Assembly (NCBI RefSeq): GCF_028368995.1
Contig: NZ_JAQNDL010000001.1
Location: forward strand, 3,712,001 to 3,776,000
Direction: 5' to 3'
From: Nannocystis bainbridge
GTDB taxonomy: Bacteria; Myxococcota_A; Polyangia; Nannocystales; Nannocystaceae
DNA: 64,000 bases
Made by a program: the position numbers and the translations under genes. Under the pieces are notes generated by a model that ran no database searches, had not been told where the DNA came from, and saw only the letters and a program-made list of their open reading frames with translations. Below, one piece after another: positions 51,001 through 60,931 of this stretch; positions within the stretch are counted from its first letter, which is position 1; the number at the start of each line of letters is the position of its first letter.

Positions 51001-52569
51001 ATGCCCGGACCTCGCCACGTCGCCCTCGCCGCTGCCCTCGTCACTGCCACCGTCCTGGCCGCCCCGGGCTGCAAGAAGGCCCCGCAGCGCGTCTCCTCCA
51101 CCACCGCCCCGCCGCGCGCCGGCATGCCCGCGGGCCCTGCCTTGCCCGCCGCGCATCCGCTGTCCCAGACACCCGACGCTGGCGCCTTCATCGCCAAACC
51201 GGCCGAGCTCCTCGCCGGCATCGACGCCTACTTGCCCGACGTCCCCTCGCTCGCGGATTTTGCCGGGTTCACGCTGCGCATGCAGGCCCCGGCCGAGCTC
51301 GCTGACCGGCTCGCCTCGCAGGTCGTCGGCGATCGCCCCTGGGCCGGCGTCCACGTCGCGGGCGAGGACATCGTCGTCCTGCCCGTGCGCCCCGGGACCA
51401 GCGTCAGCGACGCGCTCAAGGGCCTCGAGACCGTCGGCGACTTCGGGGCCGTCCAGCTGCCCGCGCCCGCCGGCGACAGCACCCCGGCCGATGGCAAGCC
51501 CCCGGCGCCGCGGCTCGCCTGGCTCGACGCCCAGACCCACAACCTCGTGTTCGCCGACAGCTTGCAGGGCCTCGCCACCAGCCGCCAGCTGCCCGCCGCC
51601 TACGGCGAGCGCCCGCTGTGGTTCACCCTCGCCGACACCCGCGCCCGCGCCGTCATGCCCGAGTTCCCCTACGCCCGGATCGCCGGCGCCGGCCAGGGCC
51701 TGCACGCGCTCGACGTGCAAGTCATCGAGGACCCTGGCAAGCCGCTGCCGAGCTCGCCGGACATCGCCGACGGCGCCCTGACCGGCATGCTCAAGGTCCC
51801 CGAGCTCGCGGCCGGCGTCAGCACGCGCTGGCCCGGCCACAAGAAGGCCGTCGCCGACGCGATCAAGCAGATGAACGCTGGCGTCGACCGGGCCGGGTTC
51901 GCCGCCAAGTTGATGCTCGACCCGCTCGTCGACCAGGCCGCCCGGGCCCTGCGGCGCTGGAACGGCCGCGTCCTCATCGGCACCGGCCCGGCCCGCCACC
52001 TGCGGCTCGGCCTCGGCGCCGACGACCCGGCCGCTGGTTATCGCGACCTCGTCGGCTGCCTCCGCACGCTCGTCGACAACCTCAGCCTCGCGCGCATGTT
52101 CGCGGATGTCCCCGGGGCCAGCTTCAAAAAGGTCGGCGACAACCCCACCGTCCATCTGTTGACCGTCGACGGCGTCTCGCGCCACGTCCCCGCCGTCGGC
52201 AAGCCCTTGCTCGACGACAAGGGCCGCCTGCGCGTCGCCCTCGCCGCCGACCCGCGTGCCGGCGGCCTGCTCGTCGTCATCGGCCCCGATCCGATGCCCG
52301 TGGTCCAGCGCTGGGCCAAGGCCGCGGCCGAGGGCGAGTCCGCCAAGGACTCCGCCGACGACCTGCTGTCCGCCGTGCTCGCCGTCGCCCCCGAGCGCCT
52401 GAAGCCGCTGCTCGAGACCGCCTCGTCGCAGTCGTCGCTCGTCACCGGCGCCCTCGGCCTCGAAGCCGACCGCGCGCCGACGCTGATGGTCCTGCAGCGC
52501 AAGCCCGACCGCTACTCCGCGGCCGTCCGCGGCCCCGAGCCCGAGACCGACCGCCGCAAGCGCAACTGA
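51001..52569 (+). CDS. Hypothetical lipoprotein
   Basis: MPGPRHVALAAALVTATVLAAPGC lipobox; 522 aa with GC3 bias. Confidence 0.8.
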   Translation: MPGPRHVALAAALVTATVLAAPGCKKAPQRVSSTTAPPRAGMPAGPALPAAHPLSQTPDAGAFIAKPAELLAGIDAYLPDVPSLADFAGFTLRMQAPAELADRLASQVVGDRPWAGVHVAGEDIVVLPVRPGTSVSDALKGLETVGDFGAVQLPAPAGDSTPADGKPPAPRLAWLDAQTHNLVFADSLQGLATSRQLPAAYGERPLWFTLADTRARAVMPEFPYARIAGAGQGLHALDVQVIEDPGKPLPSSPDIADGALTGMLKVPELAAGVSTRWPGHKKAVADAIKQMNAGVDRAGFAAKLMLDPLVDQAARALRRWNGRVLIGTGPARHLRLGLGADDPAAGYRDLVGCLRTLVDNLSLARMFADVPGASFKKVGDNPTVHLLTVDGVSRHVPAVGKPLLDDKGRLRVALAADPRAGGLLVVIGPDPMPVVQRWAKAAAEGESAKDSADDLLSAVLAVAPERLKPLLETASSQSSLVTGALGLEADRAPTLMVLQRKPDRYSAAVRGPEPETDRRKRN

Positions 52570-52809
52570 GCCGCGTCGCGGTCATCCGCAGAACCCAGCC
52601 CACGGACGTCCCGTGACCGCCGGGAGCCCCGGCCAGCCTTCGGGCTGCGGCGCGCCGCTTCGCGGTCATCCGCCGCAGCGAGCCCGTCCTCGACGCCTCT
52701 CGCGGCCCACGGAGCGCTGCTCCGCAGTCGCTCGCGGTCGCCCGCGCAACACCGCCTCACGGCCCGTCCCGACGGGACCTCGACGTCGCTACCCGCTCCG
52801 GCTCGCCCG

Positions 52810-52828
52810 GGTCACGCCCGGCGTGACC
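52810..52828. terminator. Inverted repeat between convergent genes
   Basis: GGTCACGCC-C-GGCGTGACC. Confidence 0.35.
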
Positions 52829-52840
52829 GCGGAGCACCCG

Positions 52841-53038
52841 CTAGTCTTCGTCCTTCGGCTTGCGCTCGAAGTCGGCGAGGCCGACGTTCGGCACGAACGC
52901 GAGCGCCTCCGACACATACAACCCGGTGTGGAGGATCAGGTGCGTCACCGTCCGCACGAGCACGCCGCCGGGTACTTCGGCCACGTACGCGGCACCGCGG
53001 TTGCCGTCTCCTTCGTGCCTGATCTCGACCCACTTCAT
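52841..53038 (-). CDS. Small hypothetical protein (65 aa)
   Basis: MKWVEI..EVPGGVLVRT..SEALAFVP; protein-like composition. Confidence 0.6.
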   Translation of the reverse strand: MKWVEIRHEGDGNRGAAYVAEVPGGVLVRTVTHLILHTGLYVSEALAFVPNVGLADFERKPKDED

Positions 53039-53312
53039 GAAGACCTGGCTGGACTATAGACCGGGGTCCCGCTCGCGGCCAAGCCGCCGACAATTCCTGA
53101 GTTCTCCGGTCCAGGGCAGCCCAATACCGGTGCAGAGGTCTTCACCCCCCACCGCTTGCGCAAGCAGCGTGGGCACCGCCACGTGACGGCGAATGCGAAG
53201 ACTCGCGACCGTGCCGATACATCACGGACATTTGCGAGGACCGTCACCACGCGCGCTGATGGAATCATCGTTCGATCGCCGACCGCAGCGAATCACCGCA
53301 CGGGCGATCGCC

Positions 53313-54809
53313 TCATCGGTGCGACGGTGATTGATCGGCCAGCAGCCCCACTACCCGCTCGAGCAGCACCAATTGTTCCGGCTGCAGCTCGGGCAAGCGG
53401 GCCACCAGCGCCAGCCGCAGCTCCGCGCCTTGCGGCAGCGGCAGGCTGAGGAACCCCCACGCTTGCGAATCGTCGCCGCTCTTGACCGCCGTCGCCGTCC
53501 CGCGGCGCAGCTCGAACCCTGGCACCCCGATGCGCGTCAAGATCGGCGCCAGCGACGGTGACAGCTCGCGCCAGCGCGCCAGCGCCGGGTCCTCCATGTC
53601 CTTGAAGACATGTTCTTTTCGCCTTGTCTCTTCGGACAGGCGATCGAAGTCGGCCAGCAGCTCGATCACCGCGCGCCTGCGGTCGCGCAGCACCAGGCGG
53701 TCGCCGGTGAACGCCGGCAGGTGGCGCAGCAGCTCGTGGTAGCCGAGCAGCCCCGCGACCACCAGCAGCCCCGCGACCGCGCCCGTCAGCGTCCACCAGC
53801 CGCCGACGCCGATCACGTTGAGCAGCGCCAGCCCGGAGAACATCGCCGTCGTCAGCCACAGCACCACCACCCCGCGGCCGTGGGTGAACCCGCGGGCCAG
53901 CAGGCGGTGGTGGATGTGATCGCTGTCGGGCGCGAAGATCGGCTGCCCGCGGGCGGCCCGGCGCGCGATCGACAGCCCCATGTCGAGCAGCGGCAGCGCC
54001 AGCACCAGCAGCGGCAGCGACACATCGATGATCGCCACCCGCTCCGGCACCGGCGCGATCTGCAGCAGCAGCGCCGGCAGCAGGAACCCGAGGAAATAGC
54101 TGCCCGCGTCGCCCATGAACACGCGCGCCGGGTGGCGGTTGTGCACCAAAAACCCGAGCACCCCGCCCAGCGCCGCCGCGCTGACCCACCCGAGCGCCAG
54201 GTCCGGCTGCGGGTGCAGCAGCGTCGCCACCAGCACCACCGCCAGGCCGATCGCCGTGTTGCCGCCCGCGAGCCCGTCGAGCCCGTCGCTGAGGTTGATC
54301 GCGTTGACCGACGCCACCAGGAAGCCGAGCGTGATCACCGGCTCGATCGCCGCCAGCGGCCCGAGCAATTCGGCCAGCGCCGGCCAGCGCAGCCCGACGG
54401 CGAACACCGCCACTCCGGCTGCGAACAATTGCAGCGCCAGCTTCACCCGCGCTCGCGCGCCGACCAGATCGTCGTAGAGCCCGACCAGCCCGCACAGCAG
54501 CGCCCCGAGCAGCGCCCCGCTCAGCGGATTGCGCGACAGCCACTCGTGCACGAGCGACAGCTCGCTGGTACCGACCAGCCCGCGGAACGCCACCGCGCCG
54601 ATCGCCACCATCATCACGAACCCGCCGACCCGCGCGATCTCGCCCTGATGGACCTTGCGCAGGCTGATCTCGCGGTCCGAGCGGCCCAGCGCGCGCCAGC
54701 CCCGGATCGCCCACGGCATCGCCACGGCCACCAGCACGAACGCCACCGCGACCGCGATCCACAGCACCCACGTGGCGGCGCTCACCGGGGCCCCCCGGCG
54801 TTCCCGCAT
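53313..54809 (-). CDS. MraY/WecA-like polyprenyl-phosphate GlcNAc-1-P transferase (GT4 family) with C-terminal extension
   Basis: GLYDD, NAINLSDGLDGL, FMGDAGS, DSDHIHHRL. Confidence 0.92.
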   Translation of the reverse strand: MRERRGAPVSAATWVLWIAVAVAFVLVAVAMPWAIRGWRALGRSDREISLRKVHQGEIARVGGFVMMVAIGAVAFRGLVGTSELSLVHEWLSRNPLSGALLGALLCGLVGLYDDLVGARARVKLALQLFAAGVAVFAVGLRWPALAELLGPLAAIEPVITLGFLVASVNAINLSDGLDGLAGGNTAIGLAVVLVATLLHPQPDLALGWVSAAALGGVLGFLVHNRHPARVFMGDAGSYFLGFLLPALLLQIAPVPERVAIIDVSLPLLVLALPLLDMGLSIARRAARGQPIFAPDSDHIHHRLLARGFTHGRGVVVLWLTTAMFSGLALLNVIGVGGWWTLTGAVAGLLVVAGLLGYHELLRHLPAFTGDRLVLRDRRRAVIELLADFDRLSEETRRKEHVFKDMEDPALARWRELSPSLAPILTRIGVPGFELRRGTATAVKSGDDSQAWGFLSLPLPQGAELRLALVARLPELQPEQLVLLERVVGLLADQSPSHR

Positions 54810-54838
54810 CCACGTGCGCCGACGTTCACCCGGCGATC

Positions 54839-56032
54839 CTACCTCATGTCGGTCGCAGCTCGCTCGATCCGGACCTCGGGCCACGGCGTCACCGTCGCCG
54901 CCGGCAAGCCCAGTCGTCGGCGCAGCGCCGCCACGCAGCGCGAAGCCGCGCGACCGTCGCCGTACGGGTTCTTGCGCGGACAGACCGCCGCGTAGGCGGC
55001 CGGGTCATCGAGCCAGCGGCGCGCCGTGGTCACCAGCAGATCGGTGTCGTAGCCGACCAGCACCGCGCAGCCGGCCGTCACACCCTCGGTGCGCTCGGTG
55101 GTCGTGCGGGTCACCAGCACCGGCTTGCCGAACTCCGGCGCCTCCTCCTGGAGCCCGCCCGAGTCGGTGATCACGAACATGCAGCGCTTCAGCAGCCACA
55201 CCGTCGCCATGTACTCGAGCGGCTCGAGCAGGAACACGTTGCCGAGCCCCCCGAGCTGCCCGCGCGCCGCCGATTGCACCGCCGGGTTGAGGTGCACCGG
55301 GTACACGAAATCCACCCCTGGATAGGCGCGGGCCAGCGTGGCGAGGCCGGTGCACACCGCTGCCAGGCCGCCGGCGAAGCTCTCGCGGCGGTGGCCGGTG
55401 ACCAGTACGAACGGCCGGCCCTTGGTGAAGCGCATCAGCTCCGGCGCCGGCGCGCCCTCGAGCGGCAGGCGGCTGGAGGCCCAGCGCAGCGCGTCGACCA
55501 CCGTGTTGCCGGTGACCTCGATCGCCTCCGGGGCCACGCCCTCGCTCAACAGCGCCTCGCGGGCCAAGGGCGTGGGCGCGAGGTGGAGGCTGGCGAGGCG
55601 GGCGATCAGCTGGCGGTTGGCCTCCTCGGGGAACGGCGCCGTCAGGTCCTGGGTGCGCAGGCCGGCCTCGACGTGGGCGACGGGGATCTTGCGATGAAAC
55701 GCCGCGAGGGCGCCGGCGAGCGCGGTGGTGGTGTCGCCCTGGACGACCACCCAGTCGAACCGCAGCGCGTCGAGCACCGGATCGATCCCGTCGAGCAGGC
55801 GCGCCATCAGGCTCGAAAGCGACTGCGCCGGCGTCATCGCGCTCAGCTCGACCTCGCACTGCAGCCCGAACGTCTGCAAGATCGGCGGCACCAGCTCGCG
55901 GTGCTGCCCGGTGCAGCACAGCGACACCTGCCAGTCGGTGTGCTGCCGCAGCGCGCGCTCCACCGGTGCCAACTTGATCACCTCGGGTCGAGTCCCGAGA
56001 ACGATGAGGATCCGGGGCCCAGTGGACGGCAT
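54839..56032 (-). CDS. wecB: UDP-N-acetylglucosamine 2-epimerase (non-hydrolysing)
   Basis: GTRPEVIK, QGDTTT, HVEAGLR, TGHRRE, TDSGGLQEEA, NPYGDG. Confidence 0.95.
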   Translation of the reverse strand: MPSTGPRILIVLGTRPEVIKLAPVERALRQHTDWQVSLCCTGQHRELVPPILQTFGLQCEVELSAMTPAQSLSSLMARLLDGIDPVLDALRFDWVVVQGDTTTALAGALAAFHRKIPVAHVEAGLRTQDLTAPFPEEANRQLIARLASLHLAPTPLAREALLSEGVAPEAIEVTGNTVVDALRWASSRLPLEGAPAPELMRFTKGRPFVLVTGHRRESFAGGLAAVCTGLATLARAYPGVDFVYPVHLNPAVQSAARGQLGGLGNVFLLEPLEYMATVWLLKRCMFVITDSGGLQEEAPEFGKPVLVTRTTTERTEGVTAGCAVLVGYDTDLLVTTARRWLDDPAAYAAVCPRKNPYGDGRAASRCVAALRRRLGLPAATVTPWPEVRIERAATDMR

Positions 56033-56050
56033 CGGCGCGACCCAGATAGC

Positions 56051-57337
56051 ATGTCCGAAAAGCCGGTGACCATTTCCCTGAACGATCCCCAACCCGACGG
56101 TGCGGCCGCGCTCGATCTCGACGTCTGCGTCGTCGGCCTCGGCTACGTCGGCCTACCTACCGCCGCCGTCCTCGCCACGCGCGGTCGTCGCGTCGCCGGC
56201 TTCGACCTCCGCCGCGACATCCTCGACACCATCAACGCCGGGCGGATCCACATCGTCGAGCCCGAGCTCGACGCCCTCGTGCGCGCCGCCGTGCTCGCCG
56301 GCACCCTGCGCGCCGTCCCCGAGCCCGTCCCCGCGCGCACCTTTTTGATCTGTGTACCCACACCGATCACCTCCGACCACCGCCCCGACCTCGCCGCCGT
56401 CGAAGCCGCCAGCCGCGCCCTCGTGCCCGTGCTGCGGCCCGGCAACCTCGTCGTCCTCGAATCCACCGTCCCGCCCGGGACCCTGCGCGACCTCGTGGCC
56501 CCGATCCTGCGCGAGAGCGGCCTCGTCATCGGCAAGGACCTGTTCGTCGCCCACGCCCCCGAGCGCGTGCTGCCCGGCGCCGTGCTGCGCGAGGTCGTCG
56601 AGAACGAGCGCATCGTCGGCGGGCTCACCGACGCCTGCACCGACCGCTGCGCCGTCTTCTACGAGGGCTTCGTGCGCGCCGAGGTCCACCGCACCAGCGC
56701 CGAGGTGGCCGAGTTCACCAAGCTGGCGGAGAACGCCTACCGCGACGTCAACGTGGCCTACGCCAACGAGCTGGCCAACGTCAGCACCCACCTCGGCCTC
56801 GACGTGTGGGAGGTGATCCGGCTGGCGAACCGCCACCCACGCGTCCAGATCTTGCGCCCCGGGCCGGGCGTCGGCGGCCACTGCATCGCCGTCGATCCGT
56901 GGTTCATCGCCGCCAGCGCGCCCGAGCACACCCCGCTGATCCAGGCCGCGCGGACCGTCAACGACGGCCGCCCCGAGCGCGTCCTGGGCCAGATCCGCCG
57001 CCTCGCCGGCAAGCTGCGCGCGCCGACCATCGCCCTGCTCGGCCTGGCCTACAAGCCAGACATCGACGACCTGCGCGAGAGCCCGGCGCTGCACATCGCC
57101 GAGGCCGTGCACCGCGAGTCCCTCGGCGACGTCCTGCTGGTCGAGCCGCACCTCAGCGCCTCGCCGATCGCCGGCTGCCCGCTGGTCGGGCTCGACGACG
57201 CGCTCGCGCGGGCCGACATCCTGGTCCTCCTGGTCGCCCACCGCGACTTCCGCCGCCTGCGCTCCGCCGACCTGCTCCGCGTCATGGTGGTCGACACCGT
57301 CGGCCTCCTGGCCGGGGCCGACAACAGGCGCGTATGA
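56051..57337 (+). CDS. wecC: UDP-N-acetyl-D-mannosamine dehydrogenase
   Basis: GLGYVGLP, ESTVPPG, PERVLPG, GPGVGGHCIAVDPWF, AYKPDIDDLRESP. Confidence 0.92.
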   Translation: MSEKPVTISLNDPQPDGAAALDLDVCVVGLGYVGLPTAAVLATRGRRVAGFDLRRDILDTINAGRIHIVEPELDALVRAAVLAGTLRAVPEPVPARTFLICVPTPITSDHRPDLAAVEAASRALVPVLRPGNLVVLESTVPPGTLRDLVAPILRESGLVIGKDLFVAHAPERVLPGAVLREVVENERIVGGLTDACTDRCAVFYEGFVRAEVHRTSAEVAEFTKLAENAYRDVNVAYANELANVSTHLGLDVWEVIRLANRHPRVQILRPGPGVGGHCIAVDPWFIAASAPEHTPLIQAARTVNDGRPERVLGQIRRLAGKLRAPTIALLGLAYKPDIDDLRESPALHIAEAVHRESLGDVLLVEPHLSASPIAGCPLVGLDDALARADILVLLVAHRDFRRLRSADLLRVMVVDTVGLLAGADNRRV

Positions 57338-58947
57338 CCAGCTCGCGGCTCTTCCGTCACGGTCCCGGGACGCTCTTCCGCACGGCCTCGCACCTGCCTC
57401 CGCGGCAGATCGCCTACCAGCTGCGGCGGCGCCTCGGCGGCCCCGCGCGCCGGCCCAAGGCCACCAGCCTCGAGGGCGTCACCGGCCTGCTCGCGCGCCT
57501 GCCCGCGCCCACCCCCGAGGGCGAGCCGAGCCCCGATGGCGTCTGTCTCTTGGGACAGCCGCCGCACGACCCGCTGCGCGCCGGCTGGGACCCGCCGGTC
57601 GGCCCGCTCTACCTCTACACCTTGCATTACCACGGCTGGCTGCAGCGGCTCCCGCCCGCGCTGGCCCTGGCGACGATCGATCACTGGATCGTCCACCACC
57701 CCGAGGGCGTCGGCTGGGAGCCGTACCCGACCGCCGTGCGGGCGCTGCACTGGCTCGGCTGGCTCTCGGGACATATCGACGATCTCGACGGCATGACCCG
57801 CCGGCGGCTGCTCGCCTCGCTCGCCGGGCAATTGCGGCACCTCGAGCGCCACCTCGAGCTCCACCTCGACGGCAATCACCTGTGGACCGACCTCGCCGCG
57901 CTGGCCGCCGGCGCGCTGGCCCTCGACGGCCCGCGCGCCCACCTGCTCGCGCCCGCGGTCGCCCGCTTCGCCGCCGTCACCGGCGAGCAGCTCGCGCTCG
58001 ACGGCTTCCACCGCGAGCGCACGCCCTCCTACCATTGCCTGCTCGCCGAGCAATTGGCCGGCGTCGTCGCGCTTGGGCCCGAGCGCGTCGACCCACGCGC
58101 CGGCCGGGCGCTGCGCGACAACCTCGCGCGCATGCTCGCCGTACTGCCGGCCTTCGCCCACCCCGACGGCGACGTCGCCCTGTTCGGCGACAGCCAGCGC
58201 GGCCTCGTCACCCCCGCGGCGCTGGCGACTCGCTGCGGCATCAGCCTGTCCCAGGGGACAGATCACAACGCCCCCGCCTCCGGCCTGTTCCGCCGCGCCT
58301 GGGGCCCGTGGACCTTGCTGTGGAACGCCGGCGGCCTCGGCATGCCGCAGCAGGTCGGCCACATCCACGCCGACTGGCTCGGCTACGAGCTCTCGCTCGG
58401 CGGCGAGCGGATCGTCGTCGACGCCGGCGTCGGCACCTACGAGGTCGGCCCCGAGCGGGCCTACGCCCGCAGCACCCGCGCCCACAACACCGTCACCGTC
58501 GGCCCCGGCGACGCCGACCAACATGAACTTTGGGCCAGCCACCGGATCGGCGGCCGCGGCGAGCTCGTCGACCTGTCCTTCGGGACATCCGAGGTCTCGG
58601 CCGGCGTACGCGGCTTCCGCTCGCGGGCGGTGCACCACCGGCGGCTGGCGTGGGACGGCCGCTCCCTGCGCTGTAGCGACCGCGTCCTGCCCGATCACGG
58701 CGAACCTGTCCCTGCGACCATGCGGATCCACCTCCCGCAGACCTGTGTCGTCGCGGTCGACGGCCCGGTCGTCCATGGGCGCACCCCCGGCGGCCGCGGC
58801 TTCGCCGTGCGCGGCCCCGCCGACCAGCGCTGGCAGGCCACCGCCGCGGCGGGCTGGACTGCCATGTCGCGCCCGGCCCCGCGCCACTGCCTGGCCCTGC
58901 CGGTGGGTCCCGGCGGCCTCGAGATCGCCTTCGAGCTCGAGACCTGA
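57334..58947 (+). CDS. Heparinase II/III family protein
   Basis: WEPYPT, HLDGNHL, ERTPSYH, GHIHAD, RSTRAHNTV; ATGA overlap with wecC. Confidence 0.88.
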   Translation: MTSSRLFRHGPGTLFRTASHLPPRQIAYQLRRRLGGPARRPKATSLEGVTGLLARLPAPTPEGEPSPDGVCLLGQPPHDPLRAGWDPPVGPLYLYTLHYHGWLQRLPPALALATIDHWIVHHPEGVGWEPYPTAVRALHWLGWLSGHIDDLDGMTRRRLLASLAGQLRHLERHLELHLDGNHLWTDLAALAAGALALDGPRAHLLAPAVARFAAVTGEQLALDGFHRERTPSYHCLLAEQLAGVVALGPERVDPRAGRALRDNLARMLAVLPAFAHPDGDVALFGDSQRGLVTPAALATRCGISLSQGTDHNAPASGLFRRAWGPWTLLWNAGGLGMPQQVGHIHADWLGYELSLGGERIVVDAGVGTYEVGPERAYARSTRAHNTVTVGPGDADQHELWASHRIGGRGELVDLSFGTSEVSAGVRGFRSRAVHHRRLAWDGRSLRCSDRVLPDHGEPVPATMRIHLPQTCVVAVDGPVVHGRTPGGRGFAVRGPADQRWQATAAAGWTAMSRPAPRHCLALPVGPGGLEIAFELET

Positions 58948-58985
58948 GCCCGGCGGTCCGGGTGCTGTGCTAGATCGGTGCGCGC

Positions 58986-59579
58986 ATGACCGCGACAACT
59001 CGCACGCCCGACGCTGAAGTCCACCCCATGTTCCTCGACCGCTGGTCGCCGCGCGCCTTCCGGCCCGGGTCGCTGACCGACGCGCAGCTCGCCAGCCTGT
59101 TCGAGGCCATGCGCTGGGCCCCGTCGAGCTACAACGAGCAGCCGTGGATGGTCGTGTACGGCCACGGCACCGGCACCGACGATCACAAGCGCGTGCTCGG
59201 CTGCCTGGTCCCGTTCAACCAGTCCTGGGCCCAGAGCGCGCCGCTGGTGATGATCCTGTTCGGCCGCCGCCGCTTCGCCTCGTCCGGCAAGGCCAACCGC
59301 CACGCCGGCTTCGACTGCGGCAGCGCGTGGATGTCCCTGGCCCTCCAGGCCCGCGTGCTCGGCCTCCACGCCCACGCCATGGCCGGCTTCGACGAGGCCA
59401 AGACCTACACCGAGCTCGGCGTCCCCGAGCCCGACTTCGAGGCGATGGCCGCGATCGCCGTCGGCGTCCAGGGCGACGTCGCCGACCTGCCCGAGGGCCT
59501 GCGCGCCCGTGAGGCCGCCAGCAGCCGCGTGCCCGCGGCCAGCTTCCTCCACCGCGGCCGCTTCAGCGCCGCCGGCTGA
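58986..59579 (+). CDS. Nitroreductase family protein
   Basis: RWSPRAF, RWAPSSYNEQPW, HAMAGFD. Confidence 0.93.
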   Translation: MTATTRTPDAEVHPMFLDRWSPRAFRPGSLTDAQLASLFEAMRWAPSSYNEQPWMVVYGHGTGTDDHKRVLGCLVPFNQSWAQSAPLVMILFGRRRFASSGKANRHAGFDCGSAWMSLALQARVLGLHAHAMAGFDEAKTYTELGVPEPDFEAMAAIAVGVQGDVADLPEGLRAREAASSRVPAASFLHRGRFSAAG

Positions 59580-59602
59580 CCTCCGCAGCCGCCCCGAACG
59601 AC

Positions 59603-59915
59603 GCACGAGGTGTTCCGCAAAGACATCTCGTGCTGTCTCTTCGGACAGCTTCGCGCGCCGCGCCTGCCGCGATAATGAGATGTCCGCAGCGACATCTTCC
59701 GCCGCGGCCGGCGGACCTCCGGCGCGTCTTCCGGCCCACGCACGGGATGTCCTTGAGGACATCTCCGGCCCGCGCACGAAATGTCCTCACGGACCTTCCG
59801 GCCCACGCACGAGATGTCCTTGAGGACATCTCGTGCTGTCTTTCAGGACAGCATCGCGCCGCGCCCGCCTCACGCTAGATGTCGCAGGGACATCTCGTGC
59901 TGTCTTTCGGGGAGC
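59603..59915. repeat. Composite palindromic repeat array built on TGTC-N6-GACA
   Basis: Perfect cores at 59634, 59681, 59748, 59815, 59837; 33-34 bp tandem repeat x3; 30-bp palindrome at 59807-59836. Confidence 0.88.
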
Positions 59916-60137
59916 CCGAGCCGGGCCACCCCATGCACGAGCTAAACTCGGGAATACCCGCCCCGCTCGACCTGTCCCTCGCGCCAGGTCCGCGCCCACA
60001 CCGGGCGCGCAGACTTCGGCCGCGCCATCCCCGCCGCCCTCCTCGCCGCGCCTGCCCGTGCGCTCCGCCTCACCGCCGCCTGCACGGCGCGTGTGCCGAC
60101 CTTGACCCTCGCCGACGCGTGCGCATGGTGGCTCATC

Positions 60138-60869
60138 ATGCAATGGTCATGGTCGCTTGGCCGACTGTTCGGCATCGAGACGCGGGTCCACGCCTCCTTC
60201 GTCCTCGTGCTCTTGTGGGCGGTTCTGAGCAGCTACGGCGGCGGTCCGGCCGCCGTGATCTACGGCCTCGCCTTCCTCGTCGCGGTGTTCGCCTCGGTCG
60301 TGGCCCACGAGTTCGGCCACGCCCTGACGGCGCGCAGCTACGGCATCGCTACCCGGCAGATCTTGCTCCTCCCGATCGGCGGCGTGGCCCAGATCGAGGG
60401 CGCGCACATGCCCCCGCGCGAGGAGTTCATGGTCGCCCTCGCCGGCCCGGTCGTCAGCTTCCTGCTCTCGGGCCTGTTCTTCGCCCTTTCCGCGCTGACC
60501 GGTGACCTCTCGCCGCACTCGTTCCTCGGCGCGCTCGCGTGGGCCAACCTCGGTCTCGGCGCTTTCAACCTGCTGCCGGCCTTCCCGATGGACGGCGGTC
60601 GCGTCTTCCGCGCTCTGCTGTCGGCGCGCATGGGCCCGCTGCGCGCCACCGAGATCGCCGCCGCTGTCGGCAAGTTCGCCGCCTTCGGCCTCGGCGCCTA
60701 CGCGATCGCCAGCGGTCGCACGATGATGACCGTCGTCGCCGTGTTCCTCTGGTTCGCCGCCAACGGTGAGGCCGGCCTCGCCGCGCGCCGCTACAGCCGC
60801 GGCACCGACGACCCCGCGCAGTGGCGCCGCACCAGCGGCTTCCCGCCTCGCGGCGGCCGCGGCTGGTGA
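60138..60869 (+). CDS. Site-2 protease (M50 family)
   Basis: HEFGH, ALAGP, FNLLPAFPMDGGR. Confidence 0.93.
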   Translation: MQWSWSLGRLFGIETRVHASFVLVLLWAVLSSYGGGPAAVIYGLAFLVAVFASVVAHEFGHALTARSYGIATRQILLLPIGGVAQIEGAHMPPREEFMVALAGPVVSFLLSGLFFALSALTGDLSPHSFLGALAWANLGLGAFNLLPAFPMDGGRVFRALLSARMGPLRATEIAAAVGKFAAFGLGAYAIASGRTMMTVVAVFLWFAANGEAGLAARRYSRGTDDPAQWRRTSGFPPRGGRGW

Positions 60870-60931
60870 GGCTTGTGAACGTCGTCTCCGGCCCCCACGG
60901 CGCACGTGGGGCCGGCTGATACGCTGCCTCG

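Noticed and set aside
59603-59915. CRISPR array
   Set aside because: No constant repeat with unique spacers of regular length, and no cas genes
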